A stretch of DNA of 64,000 nt from a virus. The translations under genes were made by a program, and so were the position numbers. The notes under the pieces are model-generated. The model did not search any database. It worked only from the letters and a program-made list of their open reading frames with translations, and had not been told where the DNA came from. The stretch's first letter is position 1, and each line of letters starts with the position of its first letter. Below, piece by piece: positions 1 to 8,394 of this stretch. The stretch is from the IMG/VR virus record IMGVR_UViG_3300036715_003363; one strand, written 5' to 3'.

Positions 1-1
1 A

Positions 2-490
2 TTAACATCTCTAAATGGTTGTCCGGCTTCAGTTGGCAGAAACTTTTACTGTTCACGCAACCAATTAACATCTCTAAATGGTTGTCCTTCTTCAGTTGGT
101 GGAAGCTTTGACTGTTATGGCAACCAATTAACATCTCTAAATGGTTGTCCAGCTTCAGTTGATGGAAACTTTGACTGTTATAACAACAAATTAACATCTC
201 TAAATGGCTGTCCGTCTTCAGTTGGCAGAGACTTTAACTGTTCTAACAATCAATTAACATCTCTAAATGGTTGTCCGTCTTCAGTTGGTGGATACTTTAA
301 CTGTAATAACAACAAATTAACATCTCTAAATGGTTGTCCGGCTTCAGTTGGCAGAAACTTTCGCTGTTATGGCAACCTAAAAGATTTTACTGAACTAGGC
401 GTTGAAAACGCAATAAGAGCTAGTAGAATTAAAAGTAGTTTGAGCTCTCAAACCTTGGATACTTTCAGTGATATAATCGATGAACTATAA
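2..490 (+). CDS. LRR paralog, 5'-truncated by window edge (at least 6 repeats)
   Basis: Frame from nt 2 reads LTSLNGCPASVGRNFYCSRN... and ends FSDIIDEL-TAA at 488-490, the same C-cap as the following genes. Not in the ORF track because it lacks a start. Confidence 0.9.
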   Translation, partial: LTSLNGCPASVGRNFYCSRNQLTSLNGCPSSVGGSFDCYGNQLTSLNGCPASVDGNFDCYNNKLTSLNGCPSSVGRDFNCSNNQLTSLNGCPSSVGGYFNCNNNKLTSLNGCPASVGRNFRCYGNLKDFTELGVENAIRASRIKSSLSSQTLDTFSDIIDEL

Positions 491-493
491 ATT

Positions 494-1147
494 ATGAACT
501 TTAATAAACAACAATGGCTTAAAACTGTTAAGCACACAATTCACTCAGATGGAAGTATTTCTGTGCAAGGAGATGTTGATCTATATAATAAAAACCTGAC
601 AAAAATACCCTTTAAGTTTCGTAAAGTAACTGGAAACTTTAACTGTCACTACAACCAATTAACATCTCTAAATGGTTGTCCGGCTTCAGTTGGTGGAAAC
701 TTTAATTGTGCTCTCAACAAATTAACATCTCTAAATGGCTGTCCGTCTTCAGTTAGTGGAAACTTTTACTGTGGTAATAACCAATTAACATCTCTAAATG
801 GTTGTCCGTCTTCAGTTGGCGGAGACTTTAGCTGCTCTCACAACCAATTAACATCTCTAAATGGCTGTCCGTCTTCAGTTGGCAGAGACTTTCACTGTGG
901 TAACAACCAATTAACATCTTTAAACGGTGGTCCGTCTTCAGTTGGCAGAGACCTTCACTGTCCACGCAACCAATTAACATCTCTAAATGGTTGTCCGGCT
1001 TCAGTTAGTGGAAGATTTGACTGTTATGGCAACCTAAAAGATTTTACTGAACCGGATGTTGAAAACGCAATAAGAGCTAGTAGAATTAAAAGTAGTTTGA
1101 GCTCTCAAGCCTTAAATACTTTCAGTGATATAATCGATGAACTATAA
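494..1147 (+). CDS. LRR protein, 6 x 21-aa repeats
   Basis: N-cap MNFN..DGSISVQGDVDL..IPFKFRKV, repeats QLTSLNGCPSSVGGxFxCxxN, C-cap ..TFSDIIDEL. Confidence 0.9.
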   Translation: MNFNKQQWLKTVKHTIHSDGSISVQGDVDLYNKNLTKIPFKFRKVTGNFNCHYNQLTSLNGCPASVGGNFNCALNKLTSLNGCPSSVSGNFYCGNNQLTSLNGCPSSVGGDFSCSHNQLTSLNGCPSSVGRDFHCGNNQLTSLNGGPSSVGRDLHCPRNQLTSLNGCPASVSGRFDCYGNLKDFTEPDVENAIRASRIKSSLSSQALNTFSDIIDEL

Positions 1148-1150
1148 ATT

Positions 1151-1867
1151 ATGAACTTTAATGCACAACAATGGCTTAAAACTGTTAAGCACACAATTCA
1201 CTCAGATGGAAGTATTTCTGTACAAGGAGATGTTGATCTACGTGAACAAAACCTGACAAAGATACCCTTTAAGTTTCGTAAAGTATCTGGAAACTTTTTC
1301 TGTTCTCACAACCAATTAACATCTCTAAATGGTTGTCCTTCTTCAGTTGGTAGAGACTTTTACTGTCAATACAACAAATTAACATCTCTAAATGGTTGTC
1401 CATCTTCAGTAAGTGGAGGCTTTTACTGCTCTAGCAACAAATTAACATCTCTAAATGGTTGTCCTTCTTCAGTTGGTAGAGACTTTAGCTGTGATCACAA
1501 CAAATTAACATCTCTAAACGGCTGTCCGTCTTCAGTTGATGGAGACTTTTACTGTTCTTTCAATCAATTAACATCTCTAAATGGTTGTCCTTCTTCAGTT
1601 GGTGGAGACTTTAACTGTTCTCACAACCAATTAACATCTCTAAATGGTTGTCCGGCTTCAGTTAGTGGAGGCTTTAACTGTTCTTTCAATCAATTAACAT
1701 CTTTAAACGGCTGTCCTTCTTCAGTTGGTGGAGACTTTAACTGCACTGACAACCTAAAAGATTTTACTGAACTAGATATTGAAAACGCAATGAGAGCTAG
1801 TAGACTAAAAAGTAGGTTGAGCTCTCAAACCTTGGATACTTTCAGTGATATAATCGATGAACTTTAA
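1151..1867 (+). CDS. LRR protein, 7 repeats
   Basis: Same caps; 238 aa = 133 + 5x21. Confidence 0.9.
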   Translation: MNFNAQQWLKTVKHTIHSDGSISVQGDVDLREQNLTKIPFKFRKVSGNFFCSHNQLTSLNGCPSSVGRDFYCQYNKLTSLNGCPSSVSGGFYCSSNKLTSLNGCPSSVGRDFSCDHNKLTSLNGCPSSVDGDFYCSFNQLTSLNGCPSSVGGDFNCSHNQLTSLNGCPASVSGGFNCSFNQLTSLNGCPSSVGGDFNCTDNLKDFTELDIENAMRASRLKSRLSSQTLDTFSDIIDEL

Positions 1868-2510
1868 TGCACAACAATGGCTTAAAACTGTTAAGCACTC
1901 AATTCACTCAGATGGAAGTATTTCTGTACAAGGAGATGTTGATCTAAGTTGTAAAAACCTGACAAAGATACCCTTTAAGTTTCGTAAAGTAACTGGAGAC
2001 TTTTACTGTTATAACAACAAATTAACATCTCAAAATGGCTGTCCGTCTTCAGTTGGTGGAAACTTTGACTGTTCTTACAACCAATTAACATCTCTAAATG
2101 GCTGTCTGTCTTCAGTTAGTGGAGACTTTAACTGCTCTCACAACAAATTAACATCTCTAAATGGTTGTCCATCTTCAGTTAGTGGAGACTTTCACTGTTA
2201 TAACAACCAATTAATGTCTCTAAATGGTTGTCCATCTTCAGTAAGTGGAGGCTTTGACTGTTCTCGCAACCAATTAACATCTCTAAGTGGCTGTCCTTCT
2301 TCAGTTGGTGGAACCTTTAACTGTTTTAACAACCAATTAACATCTCTAAATGGTTGTCCATCTTCAGTTGGCGAAATCTTTTTCTGTTATGACAACCTAA
2401 AAGATTTTACTGAACTGGATATTGAAAACGCAATGAGAGCTAGTAGAATTAAAAGTAGTTTGAGCTCTCAAACCTTGGATACTTTCAGTGATATAATCGA
2501 TGAACTATAA
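1857..2510 (+). CDS. LRR protein, 6 repeats
   Basis: Same caps; start overlaps previous gene by 11 nt. Confidence 0.9.
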   Translation: MNFNAQQWLKTVKHSIHSDGSISVQGDVDLSCKNLTKIPFKFRKVTGDFYCYNNKLTSQNGCPSSVGGNFDCSYNQLTSLNGCLSSVSGDFNCSHNKLTSLNGCPSSVSGDFHCYNNQLMSLNGCPSSVSGGFDCSRNQLTSLSGCPSSVGGTFNCFNNQLTSLNGCPSSVGEIFFCYDNLKDFTELDIENAMRASRIKSSLSSQTLDTFSDIIDEL

Positions 2511-2513
2511 ATT

Positions 2514-2915
2514 ATGAACTTTAATGCACAACAATGGCTTAAAACTGTTAAGCATACAGTTCACTCAGATGGAAGTATCTCTGTACAAGGAGATGTTAAT
2601 CTATGTAATAAAAACCTGACAAAAATACCCTTTAAGTTTCGTAAAGTAACTGGAAACTTTAACTGTTCTCGCAACCAATTAAAGTCTCTAAACGGCTGTC
2701 CGTCTTCAGTAAGTGGAGGCTTTTACTGTCACTACAACCAATTAACATCTCTAAATGGTTGTCCGTCTTCAGTTGATGGATACTTTTTCTGTTATGACAA
2801 CCTAAAAGATTTTACTGAACTGGATATTGAAAACGCAATGAGAGCTAGTAAAATTAAAAATAGTTTGAGCTCTCAGACCTTGGAGACTTTCAGTGATATA
2901 ATCGATGAACTATGA
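2514..2915 (+). CDS. LRR protein, 2 repeats (shortest paralog)
   Basis: Both caps intact, 133 aa. Confidence 0.9.
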   Translation: MNFNAQQWLKTVKHTVHSDGSISVQGDVNLCNKNLTKIPFKFRKVTGNFNCSRNQLKSLNGCPSSVSGGFYCHYNQLTSLNGCPSSVDGYFFCYDNLKDFTELDIENAMRASKIKNSLSSQTLETFSDIIDEL

Positions 2916-3628
2916 ACTTTAATGCACAACAATGGCTTAAAACTGTTAAGCACTCAATTCACTCAGATGGAAGTATTTCTGTACAAGGAGATGTTGATAT
3001 AAGTGATCAAAACCTGACAAAGATACCCTTTAGGTTTCGTAAAGTAACTGGAAGATTTGACTGCTCTTACAACAGATTAACATCTCTAAATGGTTGTCCG
3101 TCTTCAGTTGGTGGAGGCTTTGACTGCTCTAACAACCAATTAACATCTCTAAATGGTTGTCCATCTTCAGTTGATGGAAGATTTGACTGTTATGGCAACC
3201 AATTAACATCTCTAAATGGTTGTCCGTCTTCAGTTAGTGGAGACTTTCACTGTGGTAACAACCAATTAACATCTCTAAATGATTGTCCTTCTTCAGTTGG
3301 TGGTAACTTTAACTGTTCTAACAACCAATTAACATCTCTAAATGGTTGTCCGTCTTCAGTTGGTGGAAACTTTGACTGTTATAACAACAAATTAACATCT
3401 CTAAATGGTTGTCCGTCTTCAGTTGGTGGAAACTTTGACTGTTATGACAACAAATTAACATCTCTAAATGGCTGTCCTTCTTCAGTTAGTGGAGGCTTTG
3501 ACTGTTATGACAACCTAAAAGATTTTACAAAACTGGATATTGAAAACGCAATGAGAGCTAGTAAAATTAAAAATAGTTTGAGCTCTCAGACCTTAGATAC
3601 TTTCAGTGATATAATCGATGAACTATGA
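2912..3628 (+). CDS. LRR protein, 7 repeats
   Basis: Same caps; ATGA overlap. Confidence 0.9.
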   Translation: MNFNAQQWLKTVKHSIHSDGSISVQGDVDISDQNLTKIPFRFRKVTGRFDCSYNRLTSLNGCPSSVGGGFDCSNNQLTSLNGCPSSVDGRFDCYGNQLTSLNGCPSSVSGDFHCGNNQLTSLNDCPSSVGGNFNCSNNQLTSLNGCPSSVGGNFDCYNNKLTSLNGCPSSVGGNFDCYDNKLTSLNGCPSSVSGGFDCYDNLKDFTKLDIENAMRASKIKNSLSSQTLDTFSDIIDEL

Positions 3629-4407
3629 ACTTTAATAAACAACAATGGCTTAAAACTGTTAAGCACACAATTCACTCAGATGGAAGTATTTCTGTACAAG
3701 GAGATGTTGATCTATGTGATAAAAACCTGACAGAGCTACCCTTTAAGTTTCGTAAAGTATCTGGAGACTTTAACTGCTCTTTCAACAAATTAACATCTTT
3801 AAGTGGTTGTCCGTCTTCAGTTGGTGGAGACTTCTACTGTGATCACAACCAATTAACATCTCTAAGTGGTTGTCCAACTTCAGTTGGCGGAGGCTTTAAC
3901 TGTTCTCACAACCAATTAACATCTCTAAATGGTTGTCCATCTTCAGTTGGTGGAGCCTTTTACTGTAATAATAACAACCAATTAACATCTTTAAATGGTT
4001 GTCCATCTTCAGTTGGTGGAGCCTTTTACTGTTATAACAACCAATTAACATCTCTAAATGGTTGTCCATCTTCAGTTGGTGGAGGCTTTTACTGTTATGG
4101 CAACCAATTAACATCTCTAAATGGCTGTCCTTCTTCAGTTGGTGGAAACTTTTTCTGTTCTAACAACCAATTAACATCTCTAAATGGTTGTCCTTCTTCA
4201 GTTGGTGGAGGCTTTTACTGTGATCACAACCAATTAACATCTCTAAATGGTTGTCCGTCTTCAGTCAGTAAAGACTTTTACTGCTCTGACAACCTAAAAG
4301 ATTTTACTAAACTGGATATTGAAAACGCAATGAGAGCTAGTAGAATAAAAAGTAGTTTGAGCTCTCAGACCTTGGAGACTTTCAGTGATATAATCGATGA
4401 ACTTTAA
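3625..4407 (+). CDS. LRR protein, 8 repeats (one with an extra Asn)
   Basis: 260 aa = 133 + 6x21 + 1; YCNNNNQL insertion. Confidence 0.9.
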   Translation: MNFNKQQWLKTVKHTIHSDGSISVQGDVDLCDKNLTELPFKFRKVSGDFNCSFNKLTSLSGCPSSVGGDFYCDHNQLTSLSGCPTSVGGGFNCSHNQLTSLNGCPSSVGGAFYCNNNNQLTSLNGCPSSVGGAFYCYNNQLTSLNGCPSSVGGGFYCYGNQLTSLNGCPSSVGGNFFCSNNQLTSLNGCPSSVGGGFYCDHNQLTSLNGCPSSVSKDFYCSDNLKDFTKLDIENAMRASRIKSSLSSQTLETFSDIIDEL

Positions 4408-5176
4408 TGCACAACAATGGCTTAAAACTGTTAAGCATACAGTTCACTCAGATGGAAGTATCTCTGTACAAGGAGATGTTGATCTATGTGATAAAAACCT
4501 GACAGAGCTACCCTTTAAGTTTCGTAAAGTATCTGGAGACTTTAACTGTGATTACAACAAATTAACATCTCTAAATGGCTGTCCGTCTTCAGTTGGCAGA
4601 GGCTTTTACTGTTATACCAACCAATTAACATCTCTAAATGGTTGTCCATCTTCAGTTGGTGGAGACTTTGAATGTGATCACAACCAATTAACATCTCTAA
4701 ACGGTTGTCCGGCTTCAGTTGATGGAAACTTTGACTGTTCTAGCAACCAATTAATGACTCTAAACGGTTGTCCGGCTTCAGTTGATGGAAACTTTTACTG
4801 TGCTTACAACCAATTAACATCTCTAAGTGGTTGTCCGTCTTCAGTTAGTAAAGGCTTTTACTGTGGTGACAACCAATTAACATCTCTAAGTGGTTGTCCG
4901 TCTTCAGTTGGTAAAGGCTTTTACTGTGGTGACAACCAATTAACATCTTTAAACGGTGGTCCGTCTTCAGTTGGTGGAAGCTTTGACTGTACTAACAACC
5001 AATTAACATCTCTAAATGGTTGTCCGTCTTCAGTTGGTAAAGGCTTTTACTGTGGTGACAACCTAAAAGATTTTACAAAACTGGATATTGAAAACGCAAT
5101 GAGAGCTAGTAAAATTAAAAATAGTTTGAGCTCTCAGACCTTGGAGACTTTCAGTGATATAATCGATGAACTTTAA
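4397..5176 (+). CDS. LRR protein, 8 repeats, last of array
   Basis: 259 aa, same caps. Confidence 0.9.
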   Translation: MNFNAQQWLKTVKHTVHSDGSISVQGDVDLCDKNLTELPFKFRKVSGDFNCDYNKLTSLNGCPSSVGRGFYCYTNQLTSLNGCPSSVGGDFECDHNQLTSLNGCPASVDGNFDCSSNQLMTLNGCPASVDGNFYCAYNQLTSLSGCPSSVSKGFYCGDNQLTSLSGCPSSVGKGFYCGDNQLTSLNGGPSSVGGSFDCTNNQLTSLNGCPSSVGKGFYCGDNLKDFTKLDIENAMRASKIKNSLSSQTLETFSDIIDEL

Positions 5177-5200
5177 CTGGATTTAGTTACAACAAAGTAG

Positions 5201-5206
5201 TAAATA
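5201..5206 (+). promoter_or_regulatory. T4-late-type promoter core TAAATA inside a 7-bp inverted repeat
   Basis: gtagtaa-atag-ttactac (5197-5214), 11 nt before ATG 5218. Confidence 0.5.
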
Positions 5207-5217
5207 GTTACTACCGA

Positions 5218-5526
5218 ATGCTAAACGAAAAAACTCTCGACAATTTTATCTTTCAGAATAATAGCTTAGAGCAAATCTGTACAAGGGAATATGTTTCCGG
5301 AGTACTAGCGTTTGGAGCATATCTGTCAATTCTAAATAATAAAAGGATTAATCCTTCCACTCTATTCACATCAGTTCTTGAAAATTTAGAACTACGCGAA
5401 CTGTTTATTATTATAACAGGAGCAGAAAATACAAAGGAAGCTCTACTTGGTCTCTTGCAATTATATCCAGCGCTTATAAAATCGAAGAATACTAAAAAGC
5501 TATTCAAAAAATCGATTAAAAAGTGA
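5218..5526 (+). CDS. hypothetical protein
   Basis: 102-aa ORF preceded by promoter motif, GTGA-coupled to next gene. Confidence 0.7.
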   Translation: MLNEKTLDNFIFQNNSLEQICTREYVSGVLAFGAYLSILNNKRINPSTLFTSVLENLELRELFIIITGAENTKEALLGLLQLYPALIKSKNTKKLFKKSIKK

Positions 5527-6176
5527 CACCAAACGAGAAACGAATTTATAACACGCACCTAGTTGTCTCCAGATCTGAAAGAGGAAAACCTTTCAGACTC
5601 AGAGATGATTTTAGTAATTTTGAAGATGACCCGAAATATAATGCAGTTCGACGTATATCAGTATTTGCAGCCAAATACCCTGACATTGATCTCAATGATT
5701 ATTTTAAAGCTCCTTATGTGCTTTATCCTGATACACAGTACTTCGACCTTGCGTACTTTGCATCGCCAAGAGCGATTAAAAGTTACACAATCTTTAAACA
5801 GGAACTAGAAAAGAAATCTCCTGATAGTATGGTTGAAGATGTAAAGAACAGCCTTCGTTTCATTGGAAACTTCTGTCTCAAAAATAACATTGATTATACG
5901 GAATATACAGATTTTGTATTATCAGGATTAGCGCCTGAATGGATGTATCATATTAAAAATCGCAATATAAATATATATGCACTTATGGAGTTCCCTGGAC
6001 TCCTTGAATGCATTAATAAAGTTGTTGAAGATGAGCAGTATTTACTGATTGGTCCAATATCAAAAAACTTTATTGATTATAAAAATAAATATCACTCATC
6101 ATTAACATTAAGACCCTTTCTTCAAGTTGCTCATGAAAAAGTCAAATTTTTTGTAGATAAAAACTTGAAAAAATAA
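5523..6176 (+). CDS. possible gp59-like helicase loader
   Basis: 217 aa directly upstream of gp32, as in the T4 59-32 order; only weak sequence resemblance. Confidence 0.35.
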   Translation: MTPNEKRIYNTHLVVSRSERGKPFRLRDDFSNFEDDPKYNAVRRISVFAAKYPDIDLNDYFKAPYVLYPDTQYFDLAYFASPRAIKSYTIFKQELEKKSPDSMVEDVKNSLRFIGNFCLKNNIDYTEYTDFVLSGLAPEWMYHIKNRNINIYALMEFPGLLECINKVVEDEQYLLIGPISKNFIDYKNKYHSSLTLRPFLQVAHEKVKFFVDKNLKK

Positions 6177-6192
6177 AAAACTAATACATAAT
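6165..6192 (+). promoter_or_regulatory. possible sigma70-like promoter for gp32 operon
   Basis: TTGAAA (6165) - 16 nt - CATAAT (6187); AT-rich context weakens it. Confidence 0.3.
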
Positions 6193-6212
6193 ATAACCAA
6201 CATAACCACTAT

Positions 6213-7100
6213 ATGACATTTAATACTAATATATTCAACGAAATCAAAGGCACATTAGCTAAGGCTGATAACAACTTCAAAGATATTTTGAAGTTCGAGC
6301 CAGGAAAGACCTACCAAGTTCGTCTCGTGCCTGATGTAAAAAACCCTCGCGGAACCATCAATCACTACTTCCATCACTCCTGGAAGAGTCTTCAAACAGG
6401 TCGATTCATTACTCACCTCTGTCCAACTACCTACGGAGAGGCATGCCCAATTGATCAGTATCTCATGAAGACGTTTAATGCAGGAGAAGTAACAACTGCA
6501 GAGAAGACAAAGCTTCAGAATATTTATCGTAATGAGTCCTTCCTTGTAAACGCCTATGTAATCTCTGATCCAACTAATCCTGATAATGAAGGTAAAGTTA
6601 AGATCATTCGCTACGGTAAAGAGCTTGCAAAGATTATTAACAGCGCAATTGACGGGGATGACGCCGATGAATTCGGTGCAAAGATCTTTGACGTTCAGAC
6701 CGGATCTACACTTCGAATTAAGTGTGAATCTCGTGCAAATTCCACAAGTTCAAGCGCAAAGAAATATACAACATATTCATCTTCTAAGTTCTTGACTCCA
6801 TCAAAGATTGACGTTGATGTTGACAAGATCTATAATGCAATTCACGATCTCACAAAGCTTTCAGGTCGTCGTGTAACGACAGCAGAGCTTCAGAAGTCTC
6901 TTGAGCAACACTATCACTGCATTCAGGATGCCCCTGAGATTACAGATGATGAATATCAAGAAGAGACAAATTACGCGACTCCAGCAGCCACAAAGTCGAC
7001 AATTAATATTGACGAAATCTTCAAGGGGGTTGAAACGGCTGGCGATCCAGTTGAACTTTCCGAAGAAGATGCTGGTCTTAAAGAGTTGCTTGATCTGTAA
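6213..7100 (+). CDS. gp32: single-stranded DNA-binding protein, gp32-like
   Basis: VRLVP..YFHH..CPTTYGEACPID Zn motif, KVKIIRYGK, IFD..G..LRIK, Y..SKF, acidic C-tail. Confidence 0.85.
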   Translation: MTFNTNIFNEIKGTLAKADNNFKDILKFEPGKTYQVRLVPDVKNPRGTINHYFHHSWKSLQTGRFITHLCPTTYGEACPIDQYLMKTFNAGEVTTAEKTKLQNIYRNESFLVNAYVISDPTNPDNEGKVKIIRYGKELAKIINSAIDGDDADEFGAKIFDVQTGSTLRIKCESRANSTSSSAKKYTTYSSSKFLTPSKIDVDVDKIYNAIHDLTKLSGRRVTTAELQKSLEQHYHCIQDAPEITDDEYQEETNYATPAATKSTINIDEIFKGVETAGDPVELSEEDAGLKELLDL

Positions 7101-7136
7101 TAGAAATAAACTATAATAAAACAAATAATAAAACAA

Positions 7137-7982
7137 ATGAGAAAACCCAAAAATAACCCGAAGACAAACGCAGATATTCCAGACATTCAAGCTGGAACAA
7201 CTGACTTTCACAAGAAATATATTCCTAAGGTAGGTACAAGAGATGCTTGTTTGCCGGTTAAAATTGTTCGCAAAGATGGAACAGTGAATGAAGGATCTGG
7301 TAAATTTAGCATGTATTCGGATCTAAGTGCAGACAACAGAGGTTCTCACATGAGTCGATATCGTCTTCTTATTGAAGAGGTTGTACAGAAAGACAGTTAC
7401 TTTATTCATGATGTAATTAAAGATCTGCTTACTGAGTGTAAGCAGCGTCTTAATTCTGATAATGCTTATGTAAAGATTAAGTTTGACTATTTTTTGAAGC
7501 GTAAAGCTCCAGTATCAGGTGTGACGTCACACATGGATTATCGCGGCAATATGGAGGGTCGTCTTATCAATGGAAAACAAAAACTATATTTAACGGTTCA
7601 CGTTATGTATGCATCTCTGTGTCCGTGTTCGAAAGAAATTAGTAATTATGGCGCACACAACCAACGTTCCGTCGCTGACGTAACAGTTGAGCTTGATGAA
7701 TCAAAGGGAATTTTCTATATTGAAGATCTCATTGATATTGTTGAGCAAAATGCATCTGCACCAATTATTAATGCTCTTAAACGAGTTGACGAAGCTTGGC
7801 AAACTGAGCTGATGTATGAGAATCCTGTATTTGTTGAGGATATTGTCCGAAATATTGCAGTTGACCTCGATAAGGAACTCGAGAATAGAATTCTCGACTA
7901 TTCAGTGGTTGTTAATCATTATGAGAGTATTCATACTTCTGTAGCATGTGCTTTTATTAACGCAGGTAGAGACCTAAAGTAA
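7137..7982 (+). CDS. folE2: GTP cyclohydrolase I type B (FolE2)
   Basis: PDIQ, RGSHMSR, SLCPCSKEIS..GAHNQRS, LKRVDE, YENPVFVEDIVR, YESIH motifs. Confidence 0.92.
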   Translation: MRKPKNNPKTNADIPDIQAGTTDFHKKYIPKVGTRDACLPVKIVRKDGTVNEGSGKFSMYSDLSADNRGSHMSRYRLLIEEVVQKDSYFIHDVIKDLLTECKQRLNSDNAYVKIKFDYFLKRKAPVSGVTSHMDYRGNMEGRLINGKQKLYLTVHVMYASLCPCSKEISNYGAHNQRSVADVTVELDESKGIFYIEDLIDIVEQNASAPIINALKRVDEAWQTELMYENPVFVEDIVRNIAVDLDKELENRILDYSVVVNHYESIHTSVACAFINAGRDLK

Positions 7983-7983
7983 T

Positions 7984-8394
7984 ATGGCTATTAGCGAGGA
8001 AGATTTTGCGGCAGCTTTAGTTGCTGGAATGACTGGACAGATCCTTAAGGATGTTGACAGAAATACAGTTCAGCAATCAAGCGCAGGACCTGCCAATAAG
8101 CTCGATCCAATGAGCTTTGTTCGTCCTGGTAGACAATCTACTCCTCAACAAGAAAATATTACAGCTCAGCTAAATGCGGAAGCGGAGAGATTATTTCCGC
8201 TTCCGGATCAGCCAATGCCATCAGCCCCCACTGGCGTTGCTCAGAGCGTTGCGCCTGCAGTACAGCAGATTCACATTAGACGAACTGAAGACGCTCCTGC
8301 TACGAACGATGATATCACGAAGACTTTAAAGTCAATTGACAGATCTCTTAGAAAGCTCGTAACAATAGTTGAAAAGAAGTGGACAACAAATTAA
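7984..8394 (+). CDS. hypothetical protein (Q/P-rich)
   Basis: 136-aa ORF tightly packed in the operon. Confidence 0.65.
   Translation: MAISEEDFAAALVAGMTGQILKDVDRNTVQQSSAGPANKLDPMSFVRPGRQSTPQQENITAQLNAEAERLFPLPDQPMPSAPTGVAQSVAPAVQQIHIRRTEDAPATNDDITKTLKSIDRSLRKLVTIVEKKWTTN

Larger units (their letters stand above)
1..5070 (+). repeat. 63-bp coding repeat (about 50 units) nested in tandem gene duplications
   Basis: caattaacatctctaaatggttgtccNtcttcagtt recurs with 63-nt period (e.g. 62, 125), separated by about 27 variable nt. Confidence 0.95.

Noticed and set aside
3896-4114. Antisense and alternate-frame ORFs in the track (e.g. 3896-, 5253-, 6861-, 22226-, 46418-, 51484-, 61478-)
   Set aside because: They lie wholly within well-supported genes; their repetitive or odd compositions are shadows of the sense-strand repeats.
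1-5070. CRISPR-like look: ~36-nt constant unit alternating with ~27-nt variable segments
   Set aside because: The variable segments are homologous to each other, keep the reading frame and encode LRR strands. There are no cas genes or leader.
1-5176. Annotating a bona fide diversity-generating retroelement
   Set aside because: No reverse transcriptase, accessory gene or template repeat in the window, and silent adenines in the scaffold are unmutated. Kept only as a hypothesis.
5165-5176. C-terminal DEL as a eukaryotic KDEL/HDEL ER-retention signal
   Set aside because: Bacteriophage context and no signal peptides; the DEL-stop codons are explained by their overlap with the MNFN start sequence.
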